This document shows positions 11,485 to 25,490 of a stretch of DNA of 64,000 bases, piece after piece. The first letter of the stretch is position 1. Every line of letters starts with the position of its first letter. Under the pieces are notes generated by a model, which searched no databases, had not been told where the DNA came from, and saw only the letters and a list, made by a program, of their open reading frames with translations. The DNA comes from the human T2T-CHM13v2.0 reference genome, Homo sapiens: the NCBI RefSeq assembly GCF_009914755.1, contig NC_060928.1. One strand, 5' to 3'. The translations under genes and the position numbers were made by a program.

Positions 11485-14400
11485 CTGTTTTTATTATTAT
11501 TTATTAACTTTTTATTCCCATAGGTTTTTGGGGAACAGGTGGTATTTGGTTACATAAGTTCTTTAGTGGTGATTTGTGAGATTTTGGTGACCCCATTTCC
11601 CGAGCAGTATATACTGAACTCAATGTGTGGTCTTTTATCCCTCACCCCCTTCCCAACCTTTTCCCCTGAGTCCCCAAAGTCCATTGTGTCATTCTTATGC
11701 CTTTTCATCCTCATAGCTTATCTCCCACTTATGAGTGAGAACATACGATGTTTGGTTTTCCATTCCTGAGTTACTTCACTTAGAATGATAGTCTCCAATC
11801 CCATCCAGGTTGCTGCAAATGCCATTAAATTTTTTATGGCTTAGTATTTCATTGTATATGTATATACATACCACAGTTTCTTTATCCACTTATTGATTTA
11901 TGGGCATTTGGGCTGATTCCACATTTTTGCAATTGCGAATTGCCTGCCATAAACATGAGTGTGCAAGTATCTTTTTCGTGTAATGACTTATTTGCCTCTG
12001 GATAGATACACAGTAGTGAGATTCCTCAATCAAATGGGAGTTCTACTTTTAGTTCTTTAAGGAATTTCCACACGTTTTCCATAGTGGTTGTAGTTGTTTG
12101 CATTCCCATCTGCAGTGTAGAAGTGTTCCCTTTTCACTACATCCACACCAACATCTATTATTTTTTTATTTTTTGATAATGGCCATTCTTTCAGGAGTCA
12201 GGTGGCATCGCATTGTGGTTATGATTTGCATTTCCCTGATCTTTAGTGATGGTGAGTATTTTTTGGCCATTTGTATATCTTCTTTTGAGAATTGTCTATT
12301 CATGTTCTTAGCCCACTTTTTGATAGGATTATTTTTTTTCTTGCTAATTTGTTTGAGTTTGTTAGAGATTCTGGATATTAGTCCTTTGTCAGATGTATAG
12401 ATTGTGAAGAGTTTCTCCCACTCTGTGGGTTGTCTGTTTACTCCACTGACTGTTCCTTTTGCCATGTGAAAGCTCTTAGTTTAATAAAGTCCTAACTATT
12501 TATCTTTGTTTTTATTGCATTTTGTTGGCTTCTTGGACATGGAATCCTTGCCTAAGCCAAAGACTAGAAGGTTTTTTCCAATGTTATCTTCTAGAATTTT
12601 TATAGTTTCAGGTTATAGATTTAAGTCCTTGATCTCTCTTGAGTTGACTTTTGCATAAGATGAGAGATGAGGATCCAGTTTCATTCTCCTTCACGTGGCT
12701 TCCCAATTATCTGAGCAGCATTTGTTGAATAGGATGTCCTTTCCCCACTTTTTGTTTTTGACTCTTTGTTGAAGATCAGTGGCTGTAAGTATTTGGGTTT
12801 ATTTCTGGGTTCTCTCTTCTGTTCCATTGGTCTGTGTGCCTAGTTTTATACCAGTGCCATGCTGATTTAGTGCTATGGCCTTATAGTATAGTTTGAAGTC
12901 AGGTAATGTGATGCCTCCAGATTTGTTCCTTTAGATTAGTCTTGCTGTGGCTATCTAGGCTGTTTTTTGGTTCCATATGAATTCAAGCATTTTTTTTCTA
13001 GTTCTGTGAAGAATGATGGTGGTATTTTGATGGGAATAGCAGTGAATTTTTAGATTACTTTTGGCAGTATGGTCATTTTCACAATATTGATTCTACCCAT
13101 CCATGAGGATGGGGATGTGTTTCCATTTGTTCGTGTCACCTGATTTCTTTCAGCAGTGTTTTGTAGTTTTCCTTGTAGAGGTCTTTTACCTCCTTGGTTA
13201 TGTATGTTCCTAAGTTTTTTGTTTGTTTTGTTTTTGTTTTTGTTTTTTGCTGTTGTAAAAGGAGTTGAGTTCTTGATTTGATTTTCATCTTGGTCACTGT
13301 TGGTATATAGAGAGCTACTGATTCGTGTACATTAATTTTGTATCCTGAAACTTTGCTGAATTCTTTGATCAGTTCTAGGAGCTTTTCTGAGGAATCTTTA
13401 GGGTTTTGTAGGTATACAATCGTATCATCAGCAAACAGTGACAGTTTGACTTCCTCTTTACCAATTTAGATGCCCTTTATTTCTTTATCTTGTCTGATTG
13501 CTCTGGCTAGGACTTCCAGTACTATGTTGAATAGAGGTGGTGAGAGTGGGCATCCTTGTCTTGTTCTGGTTCTCAGAGGAAATGCTTTCAACTTTTCCCC
13601 ATTCAGTTTTACGTTGCCTGTGGGTTTGTCATTGATAGCTTTTATTCAGTTGAGGTATTTGCTTTGTACACCAATTTTGTTGAGAGTTTTAATCATAAAG
13701 CGATGCTGGATTTTGTTGATTGCTTTTTCTGCATCTATTGAGATAACCATGTGATTTTTGTTTTTAATTCTGTTTATGAGGCATATCACATTTATTGACT
13801 TGCATATGCTAAACCATCCCTGCATTCCTTGTATGAAACCCACTTGATCATGGTAGATTATATGTGGTTGGATTTGGTTAGCTAGTATTTTGTTAAGGAT
13901 TTTTGCATCTATGTTAATCAGGGATATTGGTCTGTAGTGTTCTTTTTGGTTATGCCCTTTCCTGGTTTTGGTATTATACTGATACTGGCTTCATAGAATG
14001 ATTTAGAAAGGATTCCCTCTTTATCTTGTGGAATAGTGGCAATAGGATTGTACCAAATCTTCTTGGAATGTCTAGTAGAATTCAGCTGTGAATCTCTCTG
14101 GTCCTGGACTTTTTTTTGTTGGTAACCTTTTTTTATTACCATTTCGATCTTGCTGCTTGTTATTGGTCTGTTCAGGGTATCTAATTCTTCCTGATTTAAG
14201 ATAGGAAGGTTATATCTTTCCAGGAATTTACCCATCTCCTCTAGGTTTTCTACTTTATGCATGTAAAGGTGTTCATAGTAGCATTGAATGGTCTCTTGAA
14301 TTTCTGTGGTGTCAGTAGTAATATCTCCTATTTTGTTTCTAATTGAGCTTATTTGGATTCTTGTCCTTTCTTCTTGGTTAATCTTGCTAATGGTCTATCC

Positions 14401-14488
14401 ATTTTATTTATCTTTTCAAAGAACCAGCTTTTGTTTCATGTATCTTTTGTATTTTTTGTTTTTGTCTTTATTTCAGCTTCATTTAATG
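11485..14488 (-). mobile_element. L1PB1-like 5'-truncated LINE-1 (~3 kb)
   Basis: 3'UTR ggtttttggggaacaggtggtatttggttacat..ccccaaagtccattgt. ORF2 remnants in the ORF track (12166-12465, 13646-13843, 13918-14262, all minus). TSD cagacattaaat at 11466-11477 and 14489-14500. Confidence 0.9.
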
Positions 14489-15829
14489 CAGACATTAAAT
14501 CTTAAGTTCCAAAATAATCCCCCATTCACTCCATGTTTAACATCCTGGGCACACTGATGTGAGGGGTGGGCTCCCAAAGCACTGGGCAGCTGTGACCCCA
14601 TGGCTTTGCTAGATGCAGCCCACATATCTGCTTTTACTTGTTGGATTCTGGTGCCTGTAGCTATTCCAGGTTTTTCCAGGTTGAGTTGGTATACTTCTGT
14701 TGGATCTATAACTCTGGGGCTCCTGCAGCAGCTCTATTCCCACAGCCCCACTAGGCACTACCCTAGTAGTTGCTCTCTGTGGTAGCTCTCATCAGTGGCA
14801 GATACTTGCTTGGAACCCAGGTCTTCTGATACATCCTCTAAAATCTAGGTGGAAGCCGCCAAGCCTCTGCCACTCATACATTCTGGGCACCTGCAGACTT
14901 AACAACACATGGAAGCTTCCAAGGCTTATAGCTTGCACCCTTTGGAGTAGCAGCTTGAGTAGTACCTGGGACCCTTTGAGTCAAGCCTGGAGCCAGAAAA
15001 TCTGGGATGTAGGAAGAATCCTAAGGCAGTGCAGGTGCAGGGTAGTGGTGTCCCAGGCCTGTCCTCCAAGGTCTCTGGGGAGGTGATGAGAGAGGCAGCC
15101 TCGAAGATTTTTGGAATGCCTTGGGGCCTTTTTACAATTGTTTTTACTATCAGCACCTGGCTCCCTTTCATTCACACTAATCTTTCTAGCAGCAAGTGGT
15201 TGCTCTGCAGCATCCTTGGATTTCTCTCTTGAAAATGCTCTTCCCTTTTCTACCACATGGCATGCTGCAAATTTTCCAAAGTTTTATGCTCTATTTCTTT
15301 TTAAATTATAAATTCCACTTTTATATCATTCCTTTCCTGCCATGTCTGAACATAAGTTGATAAGTGTAATCATGCCATTTCTTGAATGCTTTGCTTCTCA
15401 GAAATTTTATTCTACTGGATACTCTAGGTCATCACTCTTAAGTTCATCCTTCTAAAGAGCCTGAAGGCATGGACATAATGCAACCAAGTTCTTTGCTATG
15501 GCATAACAAGAGTGACTTTCGCTCCATTTCAATTCAAATTTCAACATGAGATTTGGAGAGGACAAACTTTCAAATTACAGTGCAAGCTGATAAGTGGTGA
15601 CTTTCTGAGCAACACAATCTTTCTAACAACCTTGTCCTTGGTTCCTTGATTACCTCACCTCTAGTCATCTTTGTCTTCGTATTACCGCAGCCATCAACTT
15701 CTATCTTCACATCTTTTATTTCAGGCAACTTTCTTTCAAACTATGACTTCCTAACCTTCTAACTCACCTCCTCAGGAAAAATTCTGTTATTAATAAAATG
15801 TTACAAAATACTTTATATTATTAATAAAA

Positions 15830-16078
15830 AATTAATTACTTATGTATTGAGTAGTTACTATGTGTCAGACACTGAATTCAGTGCTGTGTATACATATTAA
15901 TTTATATAACACTTTTGAGGCAATAAAACAGGAACTATCTTTATCCTGTTAACTATTTTATTCCATTATTTCATATCACAGAAGTGTTAAATTAACTTTG
16001 CTAGCACATGCACATAAGCAGCAGTCTCAGTTCAAACCAAGACAATCTGATTCGAGAACCTGTTCTCAACCACTACAG
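15830..16078 (-). mobile_element. MIR fragment
   Basis: tattgagtagttactatgtgtcagacactg...agttcaaaccaagacaatctgattcgagaacc..aaccactac. Confidence 0.6.
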
Positions 16079-17009
16079 ATACTGTCTTTCCATTTCTACA
16101 TTTATTTGACAAATTTAGACAACCCCCCCACAAATATAGATTCTACTTCTTTTTCAAAGCAATTATCCACCCATGTCCTCTTTATTTCCTAATCCTGCTG
16201 ATATTATGTGGGTCATCATCATAATCATTCCTCTGAAAATCCCCTTAACTAGTGCTCCCCTTCCTTTCTCCACAATATTAATCTTGCATTGCCCCAATCC
16301 AAAGGAAGTCCAGCTAACCTCCTAATTTCTGCACTTTACTTGAATATCTTCATGTTCCAGAGAAAGAAATACATCATCATTTGGTAATCTCACATTAAAT
16401 TTAGGACCTCAAATCACAACTGACTCACCACACTCCCTGACAGTCCAAAAATATTACTGTAGTACTTTTACTTTCCCACTATCCAAAAAAATTATTTAAG
16501 GTGAAATGCTGTCATATTTTGTCAATTTTAGGGCTTATACTTCTAAAAAATACCTGAAACTTTGCAATTGCAATCAGCCAAATGGTAAATTATGTCATTC
16601 TGTTTGTATACCTGAACCAAAAAACATTGCTATCAAAACTTGCAAAATGGACTTCAGTATCTTGGAATAAAATACTATAATCAATAGTAAATCTTTTTTT
16701 AACTTCTATAAATCAACCAGTTATGGGACAGGGTGAGAAAAGTGATGAATCAGAGGTTATTAACAACTTTCCCAAAATACTAGACAAAAGTAGGCTAACT
16801 CTACAAAACACTGAAGTCAATTTAAGAGTGCAGGTTTTAGTTATGTTACTGTTTTCTTTTGTTGTTTGTTTAATTTGTTTTACTTTTGTTCGTTTTTTTT
16901 CAATGCTACATCACCAACACTGTAGACTGCACAGATGACAATATTGTGAGGAAAAAACCCACAAATATCAACAATAATGGGTTAGAAGTCATTTAGAAGA
17001 GAGAGATTC

Positions 17010-17087
17010 TGAATGCAAAGTTTTAGGAATACCTTAACATATTTATCCTTGAATGAAAAGTTTTAAGAATACCTTAACATATTTATC
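17010..17087. repeat. 40-bp tandem duplication
   Basis: tgaatg(c/a)aaagtttta(g/a)gaataccttaacatatttatc at 17010 and 17050. Confidence 0.9.
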
Positions 17088-17337
17088 TCATTTAATTGTA
17101 AAAAACTTTACTAGAGCAATATATGATTAAAATATATGTCTAAATCTAAAATAAACTTTTGATACATATACAATAAAATTAGTTGCAGAAAGTTGTTATC
17201 ACAATTTAATTAGCAGTGCTTTTCTGTTCTGTGGTACTATAAATGATGATATAGCCTGCATGTGAACTTTAGAGAGGCAAAAGCTTCAGTACTGAATAAA
17301 TTCTCATATATTTCAATAAATTGTGATTGCACAAGTG

Positions 17338-17742
17338 TGTGGTAGAAAAAATAATGGCCTCTGATTATGTCTGTATCCTAATTTCTTGAATCTGTGAATA
17401 TGTTACCTTACATAGCAAAAGAAACTTTGCAGATATGGTTAAGTTAGGGAATTTCAGATGGGAAGAAATTTATTTTGGATTATCTGGGTGTTCCCAGATG
17501 TTAAACTGCTGACTTTGAAGATAGAGGAAGAGTCCAGGAATGATGGAATGCAGGAAGCCTGTAGAAGCTAGAAAAAGACAAGGAAATACATTGTTCCTTA
17601 CAACCGCCGGAATGAATACAGCCCTGCCCAAACCTTAATTTTAGGACTTCTGATCTCTCAAACTGTAAGAAGGCAGATTTGTACTGTCTTAATTCACTAA
17701 ATTGGTGGCAGTTTGTTATAGTAGCAATAGGAAACTCTTATA
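17338..17742 (+). mobile_element. MLT1D-like MaLR solo LTR
   Basis: tgtggtag..aataatggcc..tgtgaatatgttaccttacatagcaaaag..tttgttatagtagcaataggaaact. TSD aagtg on both sides. Confidence 0.85.
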
Positions 17743-17875
17743 AAGTGTATACGGTCTAAGATAGTTGCCAAACTAGTTTAGATGTAGAGGTTTCTTTCAC
17801 AGTGTCTCATGATATAGTATTCTGAAGAATGACCTCTGGAAAATGCTGTTTTTGCATGTCCCAAATGCAGAAAGG

Positions 17876-18112
17876 CTAGTGGTTAAGAGCCTAGACTTCC
17901 GGTCCAGATCAGCTGGCTTCAAATTCCGGTCCTACCACTTCCTAGCCAATTTCTCACTTAGGCACTTAACCTCTCTGGGATGCTTTGGATTCTTGTCTGT
18001 AAAATAAGAATGATGATAGTACCTACCTCAAAGAATTGTTATGGGATTGAAATATGTATTAAGAGCCTATAATAGTGGTTGCCACATTGTAAAGACTATG
18101 TTAAGTGTTTGT
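17876..18112 (+). mobile_element. MIR
   Basis: tagtggttaagagc..ttcaaattcc..cacttaacctctct..ctgtaaaataagaatgatgatagtacctacctca. Confidence 0.8.
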
Positions 18113-19439
18113 TTACGAAAAAATAGTGACATCAAGAGAAGTTAAGAAATTAGGTGAAAAGTAAATTACATCTAGCTATACTCTTAATATTAGATTAGTA
18201 TATAAGTCAAAGATGCTTTTTGAGAGAATAATAGACTCAGATGGTGGGAGAGTTACATAGTAGATAAAGGAAACAAAAAATGATTTTTAAGACCTTAATC
18301 TGAACAAAATTATATGCCGACTTTATCAAATTCCCATTGTCCACAGCCCCTAAAAGCAAACTCTCATTTTAAGAATCTGCTCTTCCTTTGCTTACTCACA
18401 TTATCAGTTTAAATGTAAACCTAATATAGCCACCTTTTCCCCTGATCATTTCAATTAATTAGAAATTGCTCTCTGCCAATCAAAATATCATCACTTTATC
18501 TGCTCTGTTATGTTTTGATAATAGGTCATTTTCATATAATGGCAACTTATTCATTCAAATTCAGTACATATTTAATGGATATCAAGCGTACAGCTACATT
18601 CTTGAGATAAAAAATGAATATGTTTGGTTGTTGGCCTCTTTTAGGAATTAAACTAGATTGCAAAGTCTTTAGTAAAAAAAAACTAAGAAACATTTGTCTT
18701 AAATTAACAAATTATTCTAAAAATTAAAAATGCTCTTATTTATTAAATATTGGGGGCTTAAATCTAAAAAAACTACTCTAAAATAATGATACACTGACTT
18801 TAATATATATAGGCTAATTCCTCTTAAATATAAATATGTGTCTATATCTTAAATATATATGTATATCATGAATATGTCTTAAATATATACACACGCATTT
18901 ATATACACAACACATATATAAATAGCTCTACAACTAACCTGATAACTCATTTTCAACAAAAAGTATGGCTTTAAAAAATAGTATCTACTAGATAGTAGAA
19001 TCTGAATGCTTTAATATTTCTATTGGAATTGAGATATCTATTTCTAAACCTAGAAATAAACTCTACTTGTCTGATTTGAGAATTGCTGGTTACAAAAGAG
19101 CAGAGAAAACTCAATAGTTCTTTAGAAAGAGGTAAAACACACACATACACAAACACAAACACAATTCTCCTGTAAAAACTATATTTGATGGCAAAAATCA
19201 GATTCTTCCTAAATTCTAAAAATAAAACATATGCCTGCCAGAAGGCCAAGTATTATATCAACCTGATCTATGGAGGTTATAGTTATGAAGGCAACCATAA
19301 AATAAGTGCACACTGTTTCCACTTTTTCCTTTAAAAGAAGTTATGTCTACTCACAGAGTATGTTCAGCTATAATGGAATACATGTGCAGTCCAATGTTAG
19401 TTCACTGGGCAATGGGCATTTACTATCTTCTAGCTATAT

Positions 19440-19700
19440 TTATCCATTCATTACATATTTTACTTCTCAATTGCTATATGCCAAACACTTTGATAGGCAT
19501 TAGGAGAGTAAATATGAATAAAATGTGCTCCTACTATGAAGGAGCCTACATGCCAACAAGTCAGATAAAGCAATGATAAAGTGTTACGGCAGAAATTTGT
19601 GCTGAAATTGTAGAAACCCAAGGAATAAGTAACTGGTGGGAAATAGATATACCAGGGGTCAGAGAAGCACCATGTTAGACAGGTCTTTAAGGACACAACA
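19440..19700 (-). mobile_element. L2 3' fragment
   Basis: tccattcattacatattt..gctatatgccaaacactttgataggcattaggaga..atgaataaaat. Confidence 0.5.
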
Positions 19701-20677
19701 ATTTTGTAAATTTATTAAAGTTACCCCTTATTTTCCCCCAGCTTAATGGATGAGACTATGCCTTCCTGTTCATAGGCAACTGAATGAAAAGGAATGTCTG
19801 ATTCAAGATAGGAAAATTATCTTCTCTCTGCTATTTCTCAATAAGATAAACTGAGAGACATGGAAGCAATGTTAGCAGCTGAACCAACTGAATAGTGAAG
19901 GATGGGAATAAATTTTGAGAAAACCTTCTCCCTGAAATCCACTAATTGTTGCCCTTTTCAAAGTCTTCCTTGTCAACCATGTCAGATTTTTCCTGTATTC
20001 CATGAGATCTAAACTCAGAAAATTAACTTTCTTTATTAGAGGGTTTTGATTCTTGCAATGAGATAGAAGGGAAATGGTAATTCAAGCAGCAAGAATTACA
20101 TATGCTAAAATATAGAAGAGATAAATGAGAAACAAAAATTAAAGTAAAATTCAAATATTTTAAAATGCAAAATAAGATGTTTTCAGGTACACAGTTGGAT
20201 CTAAGACACTTCCCTCTTCCAGACACAAGAAAATCCAGGGTCTTGAATTTATTTCCCATTTCCTAGCCTTAAGGGTTCTACAAAATGTGACTACAAAACA
20301 TGAAAAAATATGAATACATATTTCTCATGAGAGAAGTATATTTCTCCATGATCCTAGCTGCAGAATTTTGATTTTTAATTTGGGTGGCAATAGAATGATC
20401 TTACCAAATTCTTGATTCATAATGTTATGTATACTTTAAAAGGTGTTTAACGTATTTTTCAAAATGTTACTTATAAAATTAATCTTTAATAACCAAGTCC
20501 AGTGTATGAAACTTCAGACAGAAAATAGAATAAAAGGTGAAAGGCAAAAATGAGAATACAATAGTAACTTGAGGTAGAGAATTACATGAACAAGGCATGC
20601 CACAAGGCATTATTCTAGATTCAGTCACTATTTACAATCACCTTTAATAAATTGTGAAGAATCTGGTAGTAAAAACA

Positions 20678-20805
20678 TTATATATATGTAAATGTATGTA
20701 TTATATATTACATCTATAGATACTAAAACATTATATAATATGTATACATTTGTGTTTGTGTATATATAAGTATATATGTGTGTGTGTATATATATATGAT
20801 ATAAA
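20678..20805. repeat. (TA)n/(TG)n low-complexity tract
   Basis: Directly visible dinucleotide runs. Confidence 0.8.
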
Positions 20806-21397
20806 AAACACAATTCCCAGCAATATGGGGTAAATATGAAACAAAATATTTCTGCAGTGTAAAGCCAACTCTACAGTTCTTTTTCTTTCTCACTTTATTG
20901 CTCTTCCTTTTCTTTTTTATTTTACTTATTTGGAAATAAATGCTGTTGAGCTATTCAGCATATCTTTTAAATACCAATAGTAAATTCAATATTCTGAATT
21001 TTTTTTAAAAACTTGTGTTTTCTTTATTGATCATATTTATTTTTCATAATACAAACATGTAAAAAAATTGTCAATATTTCCTAAACATTTTTAAAATGTT
21101 TGATGGTCATGATACTTGAATTAATTTTTAAAAGATTATTTATTGAAAGTGGACTTATTAAGCTAAAAGAGAAACAGGAAGTAATCCAGGGTATAGCCAT
21201 GAGTATAGCTGTAAAGAAAAAGGGTGGGTGGAGAAGGGGAAATAATGCTAATTTTGTGATTATTAAAAATCTGTCTTTATAAGCCATAATAATAGAAGTA
21301 AAAAAAATAAATTTTTTTATTCAAAAAAATCTGTTGAGCACTCACAATTATGAAAATTAGTAGGAGGGATATAATAATAAATTATAATGTGGCAACC

Positions 21398-21764
21398 TTT
21401 TTTTAAATTGTACTTTAAGTTCTAGGGTACATGTGCACAACGTGCAGGTTACATAGGTATACATGTACCATGTTGGTGTGCTGCACCCATCAACTCGTCA
21501 TTTCCATTAGGTATTTCTCCTAATGCTATCCCTCCCCCAGTCCTCCACCCCCTGACAGGCCCTGGTGTGTGATGTTCCCCACCCTGTATCCACGTGTTCT
21601 CATTGTTTCAACTTCCACCTATGAGTGAGAACATGCGGTATTTGGTTTTATATCCTTGCGATAGTTTGCTCAGAAATGATGGTTTCCAGCTTCATCCATG
21701 TCCCTGCAAAGGACATGAACTCATCATTTTTTATGGCTGCATAGTATTCCATGGTCTATATGTG
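21398..21764 (-). mobile_element. L1PA6-like 3' end, 5'-truncated
   Basis: tactttaagttctagggtacatgtgcacaacgtgcagg..taatgctatccctccccc. TSD aatgtggcaaccttt / aacgtggcaaacttt. Confidence 0.9.
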
Positions 21765-21849
21765 AACGTGGCAAACTTTAAAAATGTACTATTTAGTAGG
21801 GGAAAATATCAGGCATGCTGAGTCTTTTATTAGCTAATTTTAATACAAA

Positions 21850-23300
21850 GTTAAAAATTATAAGAGCCATACTAGCTTAAAGACAGATATACAGGCCAAT
21901 GAAACAACATACAGAGGCTGATAATAAACCCAGGCATATCTAGTCAAATGGTCTATGACAAGGGTGTCAAGATTATACAATGGAGAAGGTGCAAAAACTC
22001 CACAATGGGAAAGGACAGTCTCTCCAATAAATGATTTTGGGAAAGCTGGATATCTACATGCAAAATAATGAAATTGGACCAGTATTTTGCACACACACAC
22101 AATGAGCAACTAAAAATGGATTAGAATCAAATGTAAGACCTGAAATTATAAAACTCCTAGAAAACAAACATAAAACAAGCTTCATAATATTGACTTTGGC
22201 AATAATTTCTTAGATATGACACTAAAAGCAAGGGAAACAAAAGCAAAAATAGACCAGTGGGACTGCATCAAATTAAAAAGGTTCTACACATTATGGGAAA
22301 TAATCAATATAGTAAAAAGGCAACCTATAGAATGGAAAAAAAAACTACAAGCTATATGTCTATTAAAAAATTAATATCCAAAATATAGGGAACTCCCACA
22401 ACTCAGTAGCCAAAAAAAAAGACCTGATTTTTAAAAACAAGTAAAGGACTTGAATAGACATTTCCCCAAAGAAGACATAGACATGGTTAACAGCCATATG
22501 AAAAGATGATCAACATTACTAATCATCAGAGAAAAGTAAATCAAAACCACAATGAAATACTTCATCACACCTGTCAGGGTGGTCATTATCCAAAAAACAG
22601 AAAATAACAAGTGTTGGCAAGGATGTGGAGAAAAGGAAACCCTTGTATACCATTGGTGGGAATAGAAAATGCATCAGCCACTATGGAAGGAAGTATAAAA
22701 TTTCCTCAGCAAACTAAAGATAGAACTACCATTTGATCCAGCAATCCCATATCTGAGTATTTATCCCGAGAAATTAAAATCAGGATCTGGAAGAGATATT
22801 TGTACTCCTATGTTCACTGAAGCAATTTTCACAATAGCTAAAGGTAGAAACAATATAAATGTCCATTGACAGATGAATGAGTAAAGGAAATATGGGATAT
22901 ACATTCAATGGAATATTATTTAGCCTTAAAAATGAAGGAAATTCTGTCATATGCTACAACGTGGATGAACCTCGAGGACATCATGCTAACTGAAATAACA
23001 GTCACAGAAGGACAAATACTGTATAATTCCACTTATGTAAGATATCTTAAGTAGTCAAACTCAAAGAAGCAGAAAGTAGGATGATGGCTGCCAGAGTTTG
23101 AAAGGGGAGGGAAATGGGGAGTTGCTGTTCCAATGAATATAGAGTTCCAGTCATGAAAGGTAAAAAAGTTCTAGAGATGTGCTTTAAAACAACGTGAATA
23201 TACTTAACAATATTGTACTTCACACTTAAAATTTTGTTGAGGATAAAATTTTGTCCTCAACAAAATTTCATGTGGTTTCACGTTGTATTTTTCACCACTA
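21850..23300 (+). mobile_element. L1MB-type LINE-1 3' region (ORF2 end plus 3'UTR)
   Basis: atagacatttccccaaagaagacata, aataacaagtgttggcaaggatgtggagaaa, acgtggatgaacctcgaggacatcatgcta, gggaaatggggagttg. Confidence 0.85.
23229..23268. repeat. 40-bp near-perfect palindrome
   Basis: aaattttgttgagga-t-aaaatttt-g-tcctcaacaaaattt, with a single T/G mismatch. Confidence 0.95.
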
Positions 23301-23721
23301 TACACGTACACATGTGCATATGTGTATATACACACACACATACACTATATATATGTACCATATACACAATGTATGTATACTGCATATATAGTATAAGATA
23401 TATATATACACACACATAAAGTGAAATGACAGATAAGTGATATCAAAATTCAGAAAAAGGAAAGATTACTATGAGTCAAGGTTATCAGAGAAAGCTTCAA
23501 GGAAGAGACTGAATAAGTCACAGGCCTTAAAAGATACGTAAGATACGAACATTTGGAGATTATTTGCAGGACTGTTTCAGGCTAATGAAATAGCATGAGC
23601 AATAGCATAGAGGAAGGAATCTTGGAGCACTCAGGAAATAGTAGTTCATATGAACCTAAGTGAGGTATGTAAAAGGAGAAATAGTAGGATTCGAATGACC
23701 AGGCTACAATTAAAGAATGTT

Positions 23722-24265
<544 letters not shown>

Positions 24266-24719
24266 CCTTGGAAGGTAAACTAAGCAGTACAGATTTTATG
24301 TTTCTATATAATATGAAGAACTGAACTTTTGAGGCCTTCAATGAATATAAAATGACAAGAATAAAATTTAAAACCCACAGGATAGTATATTTGAAGTTCA
24401 TAGGAATATTGGCAATAACTAGCCTATATAAAGCAAAAAAATTACATCTATTCACATTTTTAATTTTTCTTGCTTTTATAGATTCATTAAAAATAATAAT
24501 TACACAGTACTTATAGGTGTGATAGATGTTAGAAAAATATGAAGGAATATAAAATATTGCTTTTGCTTAAAAAAACTCTTTAGTTAAGAACACAAATCTA
24601 AATTATGCAAAGCAATTAGAATATAACCAAGTAATGAATGTACTGGTCAAATTAACATGTAGCTTCAATGAAGGGAAAAATCGGGGAGGGCTGGCTTAAT
24701 CAAGAAAGGTTAGTCAGCA

Positions 24720-24930
24720 TCAGTGTAGATTAGTGCTTAAGAAAACAGGCTCTGGAATTAGAATGAATTATGTTTAAATCCCTGCTGTGTAATTAGCTGT
24801 GCGATCTTGGGTAAGTAACTTAACTGTTTGGGATGTTTCTTACTCTATATAATTGGGAGGATTCTATGAAAATTTATGTAGATGTAAAATTATACTGCGC
24901 AGCAGAAACTTAACATGGAGTAGTTATTTT
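24720..24930 (+). mobile_element. MIR fragment
   Basis: tagtgcttaagaaaacaggctctggaattaga..attagctgtgcgatcttgggtaagtaacttaac. Confidence 0.65.
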
Positions 24931-25490
24931 CTCTTCTCTCTTACTGTGCCTAAGGATGAATCAGAAAAATCAAAGAAAATATCAGAAAATATACTGTATA
25001 TTTCTGGCTAAAAATAATACATGTACTTTTATGAATTTTTGAAAAGAACACAAAAAAGAAGATAATGGAAAAGATCACCTGTAATTTTATTCCATGAAAT
25101 AAATATACTTAAGATTTTGTTTATTCTTTTCTCAGAGGAAGAGAGACAGAGCACTCCTACCTTATCTGTTGATAATATGAGTCCTCTTTTTTATGATATC
25201 AAACATTTTAGGATTGCATTATCTTTAATGACTGACCAGTTGTCCATAATAAAGATTCAACATGCATTTATTTATCAAGTATTTATTGCACATTTCCTAT
25301 GTGTTCGTTACCGTTCTAGTACCGAAAACAGAGCAGTTGACAAAGAGAAAATCCTTGACTAATGGTTTCTAACCATTTGAAATCTATTTCTTCTAATGTT
25401 TCACTATCACAAACCACATATCAACAAATGTCTTTGTATATAGTTTTGCAAATATCTCTGTTTATTTCCTGTTTTCTCAGAAATAGTTAT

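Noticed and set aside
11466-14500. Small hairpins at both copies of the L1PB1 TSD (agacatt-a-aatgtct; atttaatg-caga-cattaaat)
   Set aside because: Stems are only 7-8 bp in AT-rich DNA, and the right one is largely explained by L1 sequence at the truncation point.
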